The notes under the pieces were generated by a model. It searched no databases and was not told where the DNA came from. It saw only the letters and a program-made list of their open reading frames with translations. From the NCBI GenBank assembly GCA_000091205.1, contig AP006500.2: DNA of 64,000 nucleotides; one strand, written 5' to 3'. Shown one piece after another: positions 1 through 10,639 of this stretch. How positions within the stretch are numbered: the stretch's first letter is position 1; every line of letters starts with the position of its first letter. The position numbers and the translations under genes are program-made. This stretch comes from Cyanidioschyzon merolae (Eukaryota).

Positions 1-4
1 TGCT

Positions 5-997
5 GTGCGTGAGCGGTGCACGCATGCTGATACGCGGGAAGTGCACGGAGGCGATGCCCGCTCGAGGCAGCGCTTGTCGTCTGCTGAGCGCGCTACACGG
101 GTTCATGCTGGGGACTCCGAGGCGAATGTCCGTGATGGAGCCATATATCGGGGAACTTCGAAGCAATGGACACCTGGTTCACCGGCTGGAGCGTCTGGTC
201 GCGTTGTTGAGCGTTTCGAACTTGGCAAGGAGCCCGACAGCGATCATGTGTTGGACACTGAGCCAGAGCACGCACAGTCAAGTGCAGTTGTTGACGCACG
301 TTCCAGAGCGGTGCATGTTATGTCTGTGACGGAATTAGAATCCATGAAAGAAGCTCGGTTTCCTCGTTTGCTTGCACCGAAAATGGAACCAGAGCGATTT
401 CCATATGCGTGGTGCTCCGCAGACGAAGCAGCCATCAGGCAAATGTACGCAGCGGATGAGATCGTGCGCATGCCGCGCTCGTGCCGATACGGAGCCGCTC
501 TGGGGCCGTCATCATCGGTACTGCTGCCGTCGCAGGCACCACGGTCGGCGGTGGGGGTTCAGCGCTCGCGTGCGAGCGGCTGGTGGCAGACCCTCGTCAC
601 CGCATTCCATGCGGGTGTCCGCAACTCCACAACGCACACGAATCGTGATGATGATGATGATGGTGATGACGGTGCTTGTGCATTCGCGGGTCAGGTGGAT
701 GACGGGACGCAGTGTCCACCACCGGCCTCGAAAGCGGGTGAAGCGGGCGCGCCGGCATTACGAGGTCTTTCTGAGACTGATTTTGGCCAAATCAGCTCAG
801 AAGGAGCTCATCCAAATGCAGCGCTCCATGGCTCCATGCTTCTACACAGACCAGGGGCGTACAAAGCGACTTTCCTCAATGAGTCCAGATCCTGTTATCT
901 GCAATCTCGGACGCGAACGTATGAACGCATCCGAGCGCTGCGGAGACAGCTGCAAATGCAGCGTCAGCAGCGAACAGCTGATGCCATCAGCACCTAG
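5..997 (+). CDS. hypothetical protein; probably the 3' part of a gene starting left of the window (alternative internal ATG at 320)
   Basis: The frame is open from the window edge to TAG at 995-997. The track start is a GTG. I recognised no domain. It has an acidic run (DDDDDGDDG) and a basic coiled C-terminus. Confidence 0.3.
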   Translation: MRERCTHADTREVHGGDARSRQRLSSAERATRVHAGDSEANVRDGAIYRGTSKQWTPGSPAGASGRVVERFELGKEPDSDHVLDTEPEHAQSSAVVDARSRAVHVMSVTELESMKEARFPRLLAPKMEPERFPYAWCSADEAAIRQMYAADEIVRMPRSCRYGAALGPSSSVLLPSQAPRSAVGVQRSRASGWWQTLVTAFHAGVRNSTTHTNRDDDDDGDDGACAFAGQVDDGTQCPPPASKAGEAGAPALRGLSETDFGQISSEGAHPNAALHGSMLLHRPGAYKATFLNESRSCYLQSRTRTYERIRALRRQLQMQRQQRTADAIST

Positions 998-1910
998 AGC
1001 GTTCGACATCGCTATGTGCGTTGAGATACTTGACCTGGGACTCGCACACATGGGCACGCGTGAGCGACTCCGCGTGTCCCATAGAGATATGTATCCAAGC
1101 CGCCTCGATCCTCGAGAGGATCATCTGGTTTGCGACTCGTGTTCCTTGCCGTTCCCTTTGAGTATATACCCGCTATTCACATGTTATGCTTCGTATGCTG
1201 CGCTACAATGTTTCCCCTTTGGGTGTTCGTGGCTGCATCGATTTTCGCCATAGCGCGCCAGGGCGCAGGTGGGCGCGCGGGCTCGTTCGGAACGTCAACG
1301 AGATGCGTTTCCCAGCTTCGCGTCGCCGACAGCAGCAGTGTCCGAGCGAACGGCGCAGCTGTTACAGCATTAGCTTTGGCGTCAGTTGCTCGCTCAAGTT
1401 CATGTTTTTGAATCACTGAGTCCCCGTATGGGAGCGCCACGGGCGGCTGTCCGCATCCTGAGGACTTGCACGAGGCAACGTGCCTGCCGAGCGTCACCGA
1501 GTCTGCGTCCGTCTGGAGCATACCTAGGGCATCTGTATCCCAGAGATGGGCGTATCTCGTCGGGACCGTCAGCCGCCGGTGGTATCCGAACGATCCACTG
1601 GATGGCAACGCGAGGAGTGCGTCTCGACGACACGCAACGCTTGACGGTAGCTGCACTGCCGCACTCGGTCTCTTTCGTTGTGTGCAGCGCCCCGATTCTA
1701 CTCGGCATTGAGAACATACGCTAATCTAACGATGGCATTAGCTGGCAATGGTCATACCAAACGATGCACCCGTGCGCGGTTTCGTAGAAGCGGCCGCAAG
1801 CGAGCGATTACCGTGATGCGCTCCCGGTTCACATCGAGCGTCACATGCCTGGTAATGCGCCTGGTACCGATGATGCGTATCCGAATCGTTTCAGCGTCGG
1901 GGTCTAGATT

Positions 1911-3501
1911 GGTGTCAGCATAAAATGGAGCAGGTCCACGAATACTGGCTAGCTCTCTAAAAAATGGGCCTCTTCTCCTGGCCGTCAGCGCCAGCCACTG
2001 TGGGATTTTTCCGTGACTGCTTCTTGTTTTATGTTTCTTGTATCTGAAATGAAAAACCGCGGTCTGTCCTTTTACTCTAGATCGGTTGTCACTAGTCGAT
2101 GGATATTGAGGAACACGTCCAAGCGCCGATGTGGCCGATTCAAGCTGTTATCGACGAATATCATAGACACTCGATCGTTGTGAGCTACGCTTCACTCGCC
2201 ATTTTCATGTTATTTATACAGAGCCCCAGTGCGTCCTTCGCGGCGGTGGCGCTTAACTCTTTTCAGATGTTCCTATACGCGCACCAAACATCCGCGGGCT
2301 TCTCCTCCTTCTTCTTCGAGCACCGCCACGTGACACGGGAACGCTTGCTTCGTCCCTAACCACACGAACTTGACGGGTAGCGTGGGGTTCCTTCGATGTC
2401 TCACTCCGTTTCCGCGCCTCAGTGCTGTACCCTAGGATGACGGGCGTCGTCGTCGGCAATCTCCTCGGCGAGTGTGCTGTTCGCAGGACACGAAAGCGTA
2501 GGCTGCCCCATTCGGCTGCGGATTTGTGGAACGCGATATTGACCATGACGAAACAGTGTCTGGAAGGAAACCCGGGCCTGACGAAGCACTCGAGAGATCC
2601 AGTTCCATCTACGCTCCGTTCGTGCAGCGGATTTGTGGAACGCGATACTGACCATGACGAAACAGTGTCTGGAAGGAAACCCGGGCCTGACGAAGCACTC
2701 GAGAGATCCAGTTCCATCTACGCTCCGTTCGTGCAGCGGATTTGTGGAACGCGATATTGACCATGACGAAACAGTGCCTGGAAGGAAACCCAGGCCTGAC
2801 GAAGCACTCGAGAGATCCAGTTCCATCTACGCTCCGTTCGTGCAGCGCGGTGAAGCAGCCTCCGATAGAAGCGATCGCTGCGATAACGCAAGTCCGAGTC
2901 CAAGACACTTCTCCATGCAAACCGAAGACACGCGGGCCTCTACGAGCATACCCCGTGCAGCGTCGCACGCTGTTGTTGGCTCGCGCTCCACCGATAGCGT
3001 CAAAACGGGTAGGAATTGTTGTTCGGTCGATTTCAGCTAATGGAGGCGACAAGGTCAGTGAGCTTACGTTATGAGCTTGTACATACGACGTTCAGGGACA
3101 GCATCGACTTTTTCGTTTCCACGTCAATCCACCAGCGCCAACGCCTGCACCAACGAGTTGCTTTGAACGAGAACGATCGAAAACTTGAGCAGTGTCTGTG
3201 CTGCGAGCCTGCTATACGTCGGGCAAGGACAGGTGCGGCGGCTTGTACGCATGCATCGAATAACGATATCCGTTATTTGAGGAAGCCTTGTCTGAGGGCG
3301 TCGCGAATCGTCTCGACCCCAGTGCCGTCACGAATTCCAGCAACGACGAATTGAACGGGAGACACTGCAACAGAGACCGACCGAGACTCCTACAACTGCG
3401 TATCGGTTCGTATGCTCTTATTGCTGAACTTCAAATGTTGAGGCCGTGCTTCTAAAAAATCTTCGGAAAACTATCGAATGGTTAGAATGGAGCGAGCGGC
3501 T
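1911..3501. repeat. left arm of large inverted repeat (1591 bp)
   Basis: The reverse complement of 4442-5814 matches base for base, with about 1 mismatch per 200 bp in the stretches I compared. The outer end is ggtgtcagcataaaatggagc. The inner end is ggagcgagcggct. Confidence 0.9.
2518..2846. repeat. 109-bp tandem repeat, 3 copies, inside the left IR arm
   Basis: gatttgtggaacgcgata recurs at 2521, 2630 and 2739, giving a 109-bp period. Units differ by 1-3 nt. This explains the three near-identical overlapping ORFs in the track. Confidence 0.9.
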
Positions 3502-3529
3502 CAATGCTCTCTATTACGCCGAAACGACT

Positions 3530-4201
3530 CTAAAAGACGCACGTATTAGCTGCTGCTGTACCATCGGCCGAGGCAAAGCGCGTCCGAAGTTGTTCCCATA
3601 CTGCCGCTCTTTCCGATGAGACATCACCAACCGGACTGAGAAACATACTCAGTACCACCTCCTCGCCTGCCTTCTCGTGCCCGAGCAAGCGAATGATGTA
3701 TGTCGGTGTCGAGGGATCACCCCGACTGACGCCCTGTTCAAAACGCGCCGCACGAACGCCGCTGAGAAGAATGTGTAGATCCATGTTGATCGATAAGTCG
3801 ACGACGTTGGCGTAGAGGCCTCGGCGTGGCACCTCAGCGTAGAAGAGTTTCTCGAGGGTTGCGGTCGACTCAAGCACAACCGCCGCGTTCGTCGCGATAA
3901 AACGCAATTCGCCTAACTCCTTGCATGCTTCCAAAAACTCCACAAGACGAGGAAACTTTCCTGCAGCTTGGTCAACCGTCAACCGTCCGGGAGCTTGCGT
4001 TGCCATGCGCACAACGCTTCCCGTGCGCGCACGCCTTCGAACAGGGCGTGCGGCAGCCAGCGACGCGCTGTTCCAGGGCAGCAAACGCGTCCCATGAACG
4101 AGATCACGGTACACTGCCGCACAATGTAGTGCAGTATGTGTGCACCCACTAGATCTTGTGCGTTCTTCAAGCCTCAGCCTATTCAAGCCAGTGACAAACA
4201 T
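3530..4201 (-). CDS. small protein with ChuX/HutX-like (haem-utilisation/haem-binding fold) C-terminal domain and a transit-peptide-like N-terminus
   Basis: ATG at 4199-4201. The 223-aa ORF is the only ORF in the unique spacer of the IR. The pattern ELGELRFIATNAAVVLESTATLE...GLYANVV...DLHILLSGV...TPTYIIRLLG...VVLSMFLSP resembles my recollection of ChuX/HutX. The function call is weak. Confidence 0.45.
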   Translation of the reverse strand: MFVTGLNRLRLEERTRSSGCTHTALHCAAVYRDLVHGTRLLPWNSASLAAARPVRRRARTGSVVRMATQAPGRLTVDQAAGKFPRLVEFLEACKELGELRFIATNAAVVLESTATLEKLFYAEVPRRGLYANVVDLSINMDLHILLSGVRAARFEQGVSRGDPSTPTYIIRLLGHEKAGEEVVLSMFLSPVGDVSSERAAVWEQLRTRFASADGTAAANTCVF

Positions 4202-4441
4202 CGCTGGAGTTGATCGCAGTCCAAATGGAGATCAGCGAGTGCTGCAATCGATGTCAGCGCCGCTCGCGTTCCATCTTCGCAGGAGCCGTAGAGGAAATCG
4301 TACATGAATGTATATCTAGGGACAGTAATGGACATGAGCGCCTTCGCCCGATGCCGAGTCTCCAGCAGGGCCGGAGGGTCCGTGACGCACCGTCACTGTG
4401 ACGCGCACGTGGAACGCTAGACACACTCAGATGGAAGATGC

Positions 4442-5814
4442 AGCCGCTCGCTCCATTCTAACCATTCGATAGTTTTCCGAAGATTTTTTAGAAGCACGGC
4501 CTCAACATTTGAAGTTCAGCAATAAGAGCATACGAACCGATACGCAGTTGTAGGAGTCTCGGTCGGTCTCTGTTGCAGTGTCTCCCGTTCAATTCGTCGT
4601 TGCTGGAATTCGTGACGGCACTGGGGTCGAGACGATTCGCGACGCCCTCAGACAAGGCTTCCTCAAATAACGGATATCGTTATTCGATGCATGCGTACAA
4701 GCCGCCGCACCTGTCCTTGCCCGACGTATAGCAGGCTCGCAGCACAGACACTGCTCAAGTTTTCGATCGTTCTCGTTCAAAGCAACTCGTTGGTGCAGGC
4801 GTTGGCGCTGGTGGATTGACGTGGAAACGAAAAAGTCGATGCTGTCCCTGAACGTCATATGTACAAGCTCATGACGTAAGCTCACTGACCTAGTCGCCTC
4901 CATTAGCTGAAATCGACCGAACAACAATTCCTACGCGTTTTGACGCTATCGGTGGAGCGCGAGCCAGCAACAGCGTGCGACGCTGCACGGGGTATGCTCG
5001 TAGAGGCCCGCGTGTCTTCGGTTTGCATGGAGAAGTGTCTTGGACTCGGACTTGCGTTCTCGCAGCGATCGCTTCTATCGGAGGCTGCTTCACCGCGCTG
5101 CACGAACGGAGCGTAGATGGAACTGGATCTCTCGAGTGCTTCGTCAGGCCCGGGTTTCCTTCCAGACACTGTTTCGTCATGGTCAATATCGCGTTCTACA
5201 AATCCGCAGCCGAATGGGGCAGCCTACGCTTTCGTGTCCTGCGAACAGCACACTCGCCGAGGAGATTGCCGACGACGACGCCCGTCATCCTAGGGTACAG
5301 CACTGAGGCGCGGAAACGGAGTGAGACATCGAAGGAACCCCACGCTACCCGTCAAGGGCGTGTGGTTAGGGACGAAGCAAGCGTTCCCGTGTCACGTGGC
5401 GGTGCTCGAAGAAGAAGGAGGAGAAGCCCGCGGATGTTTGGTGCGCGTATAGGAACATCTGAAAAGAGTTAAGCGCCACCGCCGCGAAGGACGCACTGCG
5501 GCTCTGTATAAATAACATGAAAATGGCGAGTGAAGCGTAGCTCACAACGATCGAGTGTCTATGATATTCGTCGATAACAGCTTGAATCGGCCACATCGGC
5601 GCTTGGACGTGTTCCCCAATATCCATCGACTAGTGACAACCGATCTAGAGTAAAAGGACAGACCGCGGTTTTTCATTTCAGATACAAGAAACATAAAACA
5701 AGAAGCAGTCACGGAAAAATCCCACAGTGGCTGGCGCTGACGGCCAGGAGAAGAGGCCCATTTTTTAGAGAGCTAGCCAGTATTCGTGGACCTGCTCCAT
5801 TTTATGCTGACACC
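4442..5814. repeat. right arm of large inverted repeat (1373 bp; single copy of the 109-bp unit at about 5097-5208)
   Basis: It is the reverse complement of 1911-3501 minus two 109-bp units (218 bp, which is exactly the length difference). ORFs 5366-5626(-) and 4589-4927(-) mirror 2099-2359(+) and 3016-3354(+), each with 2 aa changes. Confidence 0.9.
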
Positions 5815-6049
5815 GGTGTAACACGAGACACTTGCCACTGTCGCGCTTCTATCCGCGTGCATGTACGTATGCTCGAGTTACCCGCCCCGTTGCCGGCGAC
5901 GTAATGAACAAGCTCACTTGGCGCACACCTAAAGACTCCCAAGCATCACGCTTTGACAGGCTCTATTATACCACACTCTTTGAAAGAAACAGCGCCACAC
6001 ACAGTATCGACGAGATATCTCGTTGCTATGACCTGCGCGGCGAATACAG

Positions 6050-8740
6050 TCACAAATGCGGATGCTCTGATGCAGCATTGCGACGCTTGTCTCGCGATTG
6101 TTGAGTCGCTTCGGGAACTTGGGTCAACGATACGGGCGCCTCGTACATACTCTGCGCAGCGCCGGTTGGCAGGAGTCCTGCTGACTCCGCTGCGAGCGCA
6201 TCGAGCGACTCTGCCTCTGACGAAGGCTGAAGCGCACCTGACGCTGCTGCGATGAGTTCCTGAAACAACGCATCCAGGCTGTTTTCAGCCAGCATGCGGG
6301 GTCGTAGTTGTTCGACGCGCTCCGAGGACACCAGTCCGGCAGTGAGCAGTGCATCGAAGACAGACATATGTAACGTCGAGTCCACTGGGGCATCGGGCGA
6401 CGTCTGCTCAGGCGAAGAGATCGCAATAAGTGGCTCGCTGGCGTCCTCGTGCTTGTCAGCGGGTGCTGCAGCCACTGGAGCTGTCGTCGTTGCTGATGCC
6501 GTTGTTTCACCGAAAAACAGAGCTAACGAGTCCGCTGCGGGTACCGGATTCGTTGCCACTGGCGCTTGCAGCTCGGTGCTTGTGTCTTGGTGCTTTTCAG
6601 CAGCCTGGTGCTTCGATGCCTCGGTTGACGGTACCAAAGGCAGCGACACATGTAAAAGGTTCGCATTTTCCGGCAGACATGAGGAAAACGTCGCTCCCGC
6701 GGAAGTGCACGCACTCCATGCGCAGAGCAGACAGCCGTTCGTCCATGCACTGGGCACAGCGAATGCTACCGCATCTCGGTTTCTCAGTGCATCTATGGCG
6801 TCTGTGCGAACGTCATCCACTATTGAGGAGGTTCTCAGTGGGGCACACTGCGGATGTGCTGCGGCGGCTTCCGCAGTACCTGCTCGAGGCGTTGGGTCGG
6901 TGTCAATGAGGGTCGTACTCTGCGCTACGCGCGCTTCCATGGTATCCATTACGCTCTCTGGACGAACCGAAATCTTATCGAGCGATTGTGCGCACTCCAC
7001 CGCGTAGCTCAGAACATCTACATCGTCATCTTCGAGGCCAGCGACCAGCAGGCTATTGAGTGCGCGCCAAGCTCGATCCGTGGATGTCCTTCGCGCCGCG
7101 AGCGTTCGAGCAAGACGTAGCAACTCGAGGCGCACTGGTGCAGCCAAGAGCAATCGATGCTGCTGCTGTTGCTGCTGCTGCTGCATCCATCTTCGCAGCA
7201 CCTCGTCGGCGACAGTCCCAATATGATCGATCATCGTGCCTACGATCCAGAGAAAACGACTTTGTGTCGGCGAGTCGGACTCGATCCATGCCGCATTGAG
7301 CACAATCTCTTTTAAGAGATTTTCTGCTTGACTTATGCGTTCCCGAGGCGTCGTCCGTAGCGCTCCCACTGTCATGCGCAGCAGCAGAAGGCCAACAGCA
7401 CCATAGACTGACGGCGATACGACGCTTCGGCTGCGCCAAATGTCGATGAGTTGCGGAATAGCGGCAGCACTGCTTACCGGATGCACTGCTGCCATTAAAG
7501 CCAACGCACGTGCTGCCATAATAGCAAGCTCTTCGCCACGGCACTTCAACAGCGGCACTAGCCGATCCATAATCGTGATGCACAGCGTCTCCTCGAATTC
7601 GACAAGTTTCACCAGGATGCCCAGCTGATGGCGATACACTGCCGGTTCATCAGTGCCGATCGTCGGCACAAACAGGGGCGCGTACCTTGTCAAACACGCT
7701 GGTTCACGCCACGCGAGCACGTGCAGCATTCGCAGGGCCAACACTTTCAGGCCGCTCTCGTGATCCAGCGCGTAGCGAAGCAGCGTTCGCACCACCGTCT
7801 CCGTGACGTCGTTATCGCTGGAGCGCCTCAAATGGTACAGCGTTAGCGCACCGCTCACAGCGACCGCTGCCGACAGGGACTCTACAGCTTTCCTGGCGAG
7901 TCGGTCGACGGCTTGCACAAAGCGGGTAAGCTCTTCACCGCAGAGTGTCTCTGTCATTCGCTCGGGCCGCGTTGTAGTACGCAGTAGGACGTAGCGCAGC
8001 AGCTGATGCAGTGCTATCGGGAGCAGGTTCCCCGGAATCGTCTGGTACTCTTCATCTAGTCGCTCGACCAGCGACACGGGAATGTTGAGCATTGCATCTC
8101 GATCTAGCATGCCCAGTGCTGCAGCAGTTGCAACCAGTACGGGTGCTTCCCGGTCATTTAACAACAACTGCCACAGAGGTGCCGTCAACGCCGAAGCAAT
8201 CTGCTCAACAGGCAGCTGGTGGAGGCTTTGCGCAGGCTCCGCACCGTCGGGCTCGTTCCACGTTAGCACTGGTGGGATACTCAGGGCTGCGGTGAGTCGC
8301 ACTTGCGGATGACGGTCCCGCACACCGCGGTGAATCGCCAACCACATAACCTGGCGTAGAGCGGGAACACGTAGCGAAGTCAGTAGGCGGAGCGCCTGAC
8401 TCCGCACCCAAGGGTCATTGTGCTGCAGGTCCTTAAACAACGCGTTAACCGCCAAGAGGACCAAATGCGGTTCGTCGTCCGCATGCTGCTGCAGGAATAT
8501 GCACACCAGTCGTTTCAGTTCATAGTCTGCTTGCAGCAGATTGCTCACCACGGCGGGTAGCAACTTGGCTACGGGCTGGCCCTGAACGCTGAGCGCTAGC
8601 ACTCTCTTCAGCGCTTCCCTGCGAACCTGTGCGTTGCCCTGTTCAAGCTGGAGTCGTAAAAGTGCCCAGTCTGTGTTCGCATCGTCCAAGTACGAGGCGT
8701 CTGTCCAGTTGCCCGCTAACTGAGACGCCAGCGTTGTCAT
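6050..8740 (-). CDS. adaptor-protein complex beta subunit, AP-3 beta-like (adaptin N-terminal HEAT/ARM domain)
   Basis: ELKRLVCIFLQQHADDEPHLVLLAVNALFKDLQHNDPWVRSQALRLLTSLRVPALRQVMWLAIHRGVRDRHPQVRLTAA fits the beta-adaptin N-terminal signature. The first ATG is at 8738-8740 (the track ORF begins at GTG 8782). TGA stop at 6050-6052. The C-terminal third is low complexity. Confidence 0.75.
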   Translation of the reverse strand: MTTLASQLAGNWTDASYLDDANTDWALLRLQLEQGNAQVRREALKRVLALSVQGQPVAKLLPAVVSNLLQADYELKRLVCIFLQQHADDEPHLVLLAVNALFKDLQHNDPWVRSQALRLLTSLRVPALRQVMWLAIHRGVRDRHPQVRLTAALSIPPVLTWNEPDGAEPAQSLHQLPVEQIASALTAPLWQLLLNDREAPVLVATAAALGMLDRDAMLNIPVSLVERLDEEYQTIPGNLLPIALHQLLRYVLLRTTTRPERMTETLCGEELTRFVQAVDRLARKAVESLSAAVAVSGALTLYHLRRSSDNDVTETVVRTLLRYALDHESGLKVLALRMLHVLAWREPACLTRYAPLFVPTIGTDEPAVYRHQLGILVKLVEFEETLCITIMDRLVPLLKCRGEELAIMAARALALMAAVHPVSSAAAIPQLIDIWRSRSVVSPSVYGAVGLLLLRMTVGALRTTPRERISQAENLLKEIVLNAAWIESDSPTQSRFLWIVGTMIDHIGTVADEVLRRWMQQQQQQQQHRLLLAAPVRLELLRLARTLAARRTSTDRAWRALNSLLVAGLEDDDVDVLSYAVECAQSLDKISVRPESVMDTMEARVAQSTTLIDTDPTPRAGTAEAAAAHPQCAPLRTSSIVDDVRTDAIDALRNRDAVAFAVPSAWTNGCLLCAWSACTSAGATFSSCLPENANLLHVSLPLVPSTEASKHQAAEKHQDTSTELQAPVATNPVPAADSLALFFGETTASATTTAPVAAAPADKHEDASEPLIAISSPEQTSPDAPVDSTLHMSVFDALLTAGLVSSERVEQLRPRMLAENSLDALFQELIAAASGALQPSSEAESLDALAAESAGLLPTGAAQSMYEAPVSLTQVPEATQQSRDKRRNAASEHPHL

Positions 8741-9350
8741 CGCCGAGGCGGTACAGCCGCGAACTCTCCCCTGGAGCACCACACAGCCGCGTTAGAGGAC
8801 GAGTATTGGCCGTTGCAGTGTACGGCCTGGGCAACAGTGACCTACAGTGCAGAAAGAATCTTGTCCGAAGACGCAGCGAGAAAATCTAGAAACGTACTGG
8901 TCTGAGCTTGCTGAGAAACAAACGCAACTCGAACGAGATGCGTCCAGTAGCACTCGCGCTACCAGTTTTCGGGCAACGGAACGCTGCACCTCCGGAGCCG
9001 CTTCCAGGTTCTACCAGCAACACCAACACCTTGTAAATTTAGACCTGTGCTCGTCCGCAGCGTCAAGGCACGAATCCCCGACTGCCAGGCTTGGGTCCCC
9101 GGTGTTACGGCACGGAGGCGAGGTCGTCCACCGGTGTCTCCTGGGAAATCCTGTCTCACGCTAGCCCATACGCCCTTGTCAGTGTAAAAACGGGAACAAG
9201 TCGACGAATACCGGCGCAGACACTCATGGATGTGTCGCTTATCGATGTCATCAACACGTGTGTGCGCAAGCTTTTTCTGTGAATGCCTCCTTTTCCTCCC
9301 ATACATCTCCGGCTTTCAACACGGTAGTATGCTTTCTTTCCCATGTTTAC

Positions 9351-10475
9351 GGTTGTCAGCAGTCGAGGAATGTTGATGGCATCTTTAAACTACCGATTTC
9401 TCCGTTTCCGGTGAAGGTCTGCGTATTTCATGTACAGGCCAAAATTGCGATCTATATTTCGCTTACCACATTCATCTTCGTTGTACACAGCCTCGGTGGG
9501 CTTTTCTGGCGATGACTATTTGCTATACACAGGCACGCTGATCTATCCATCCAGCTGAGGCGCTCCTTGGAACGCTGCCCCCATAGCGTATGAAGCCAAG
9601 CTTCATCGCCCGGTACACACTCTTGATGGGTTCAGAGAACTATTCTGGACGCCCTATTCGTTTTCCATGCCAGACGCGGCACCTCACCACCAGAGGCTTC
9701 CTCATGGGATTATCCTGTCGGCGAGTGCGCTGCCAGCTGCACATGCCAGAACAGGCTGTTCCGTTCGATCGAGCACTTGTGGAACGAGATTTTCTTCTTG
9801 ACAAATCAAGTACTGGAAGAAAAATTCCAGCAGGGCATCGTTTTGATCGATATCACTCCGTCTACGCCCTCTGGGTGCAAAGCGGTGACGCACGCGCCAC
9901 TGTTCATCGATCGCTGCGATGCCTCAAGACCGAGTCCAGGACCCGTGTTCATGCAAAAAAGAGAAACGAGCATCTCTCGGAGCGTACCCAGCGCCAGGTG
10001 ACATGCTCCTGTCGATTGCTGTTTCGTCGAGAGCTAAAAAGAGAAGTGGATTCCCCTCTCAACGGAATCGATTATTTGACGTGACAAGTTCAGAGAGCTC
10101 TTGGTATGAGCTCGTGAACCAGCCGTCATGGTTGCTTTGGGACAGAAAAATTTCAAGATTTGAAGAATACGTGATCTAGGCATTCAACTGGTTCATAAAG
10201 ACGAAGCGTGCAGTCTTCCATGTATGCATTGGATGGATGATATCGGTTATTGTCACGAACCCGTGTTCCAGGGCGTCGTGAATCCTCTTGATCCCGGTGA
10301 CGTAACGAATTCCAGTGGGAAACCGCCAGAGAAGCCATTCCTGGAAACACAACCAGCAATCCTTGATCCCCTAGTGATGCACTGCGAATATCGCTGCTGA
10401 TCATCTAAAAACATACTTCGGAAGACTAGTTCGAAATGCAAGAACAAAGCGAGCAGTTCAGAGCTCCATTTTATG
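9351..10475 (+). repeat. third, diverged copy of the IR-arm sequence family (core homology 9700-10475)
   Basis: Collinear blocks are shared with 2440-3501. Examples are tcggcgagtg(t/c)gctg, ttgtggaacg, gatcgctgcgat..ccgagtcca and agggcgtcg(c/t)gaatc.tct.ga.ccc.gtg..cgt.acgaattccag at 10270-10320 vs 3294-3343. The end block is tctaaaaa.at..ttcggaa.act...gagcgagc.g. Identity is roughly 70-75% by eye. The 5' limit is uncertain. Confidence 0.55.
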
Positions 10476-10639
10476 TTCATACGGGTGCTGCGATCTGCCG
10501 TCGCTGCTCCTTGTTTGCTGCGAGTCATATCCTACCTGCATTTCTGTTTGCGTTCATCAACGTACTTCCAGCGTCCAAGTGACGGGGTTGCGTCTGCCTC
10601 GTGATAGGGCTAGAGTGCTTGCCTCTGGCAAGCCCGTTC

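Noticed and set aside
2518-2846. Tandem repeats (109 bp x3 here; 71 bp x4 at 19169-19450) as possible CRISPR arrays
   Set aside because: The units are directly adjacent with no unique spacers. The repeat lengths are far outside CRISPR range, and the genomic context is eukaryotic.
3264-3455. Possible conserved coding exon shared by the IR arm and the third copy (E.GV.N.LDP..VTNSS, with several synonymous-looking differences)
   Set aside because: The frame is closed by stops just upstream in the arm (3186, 3261). The two copies differ by a 2-nt indel immediately upstream. About 4 synonymous against 5 non-synonymous changes is not evidence of selection.
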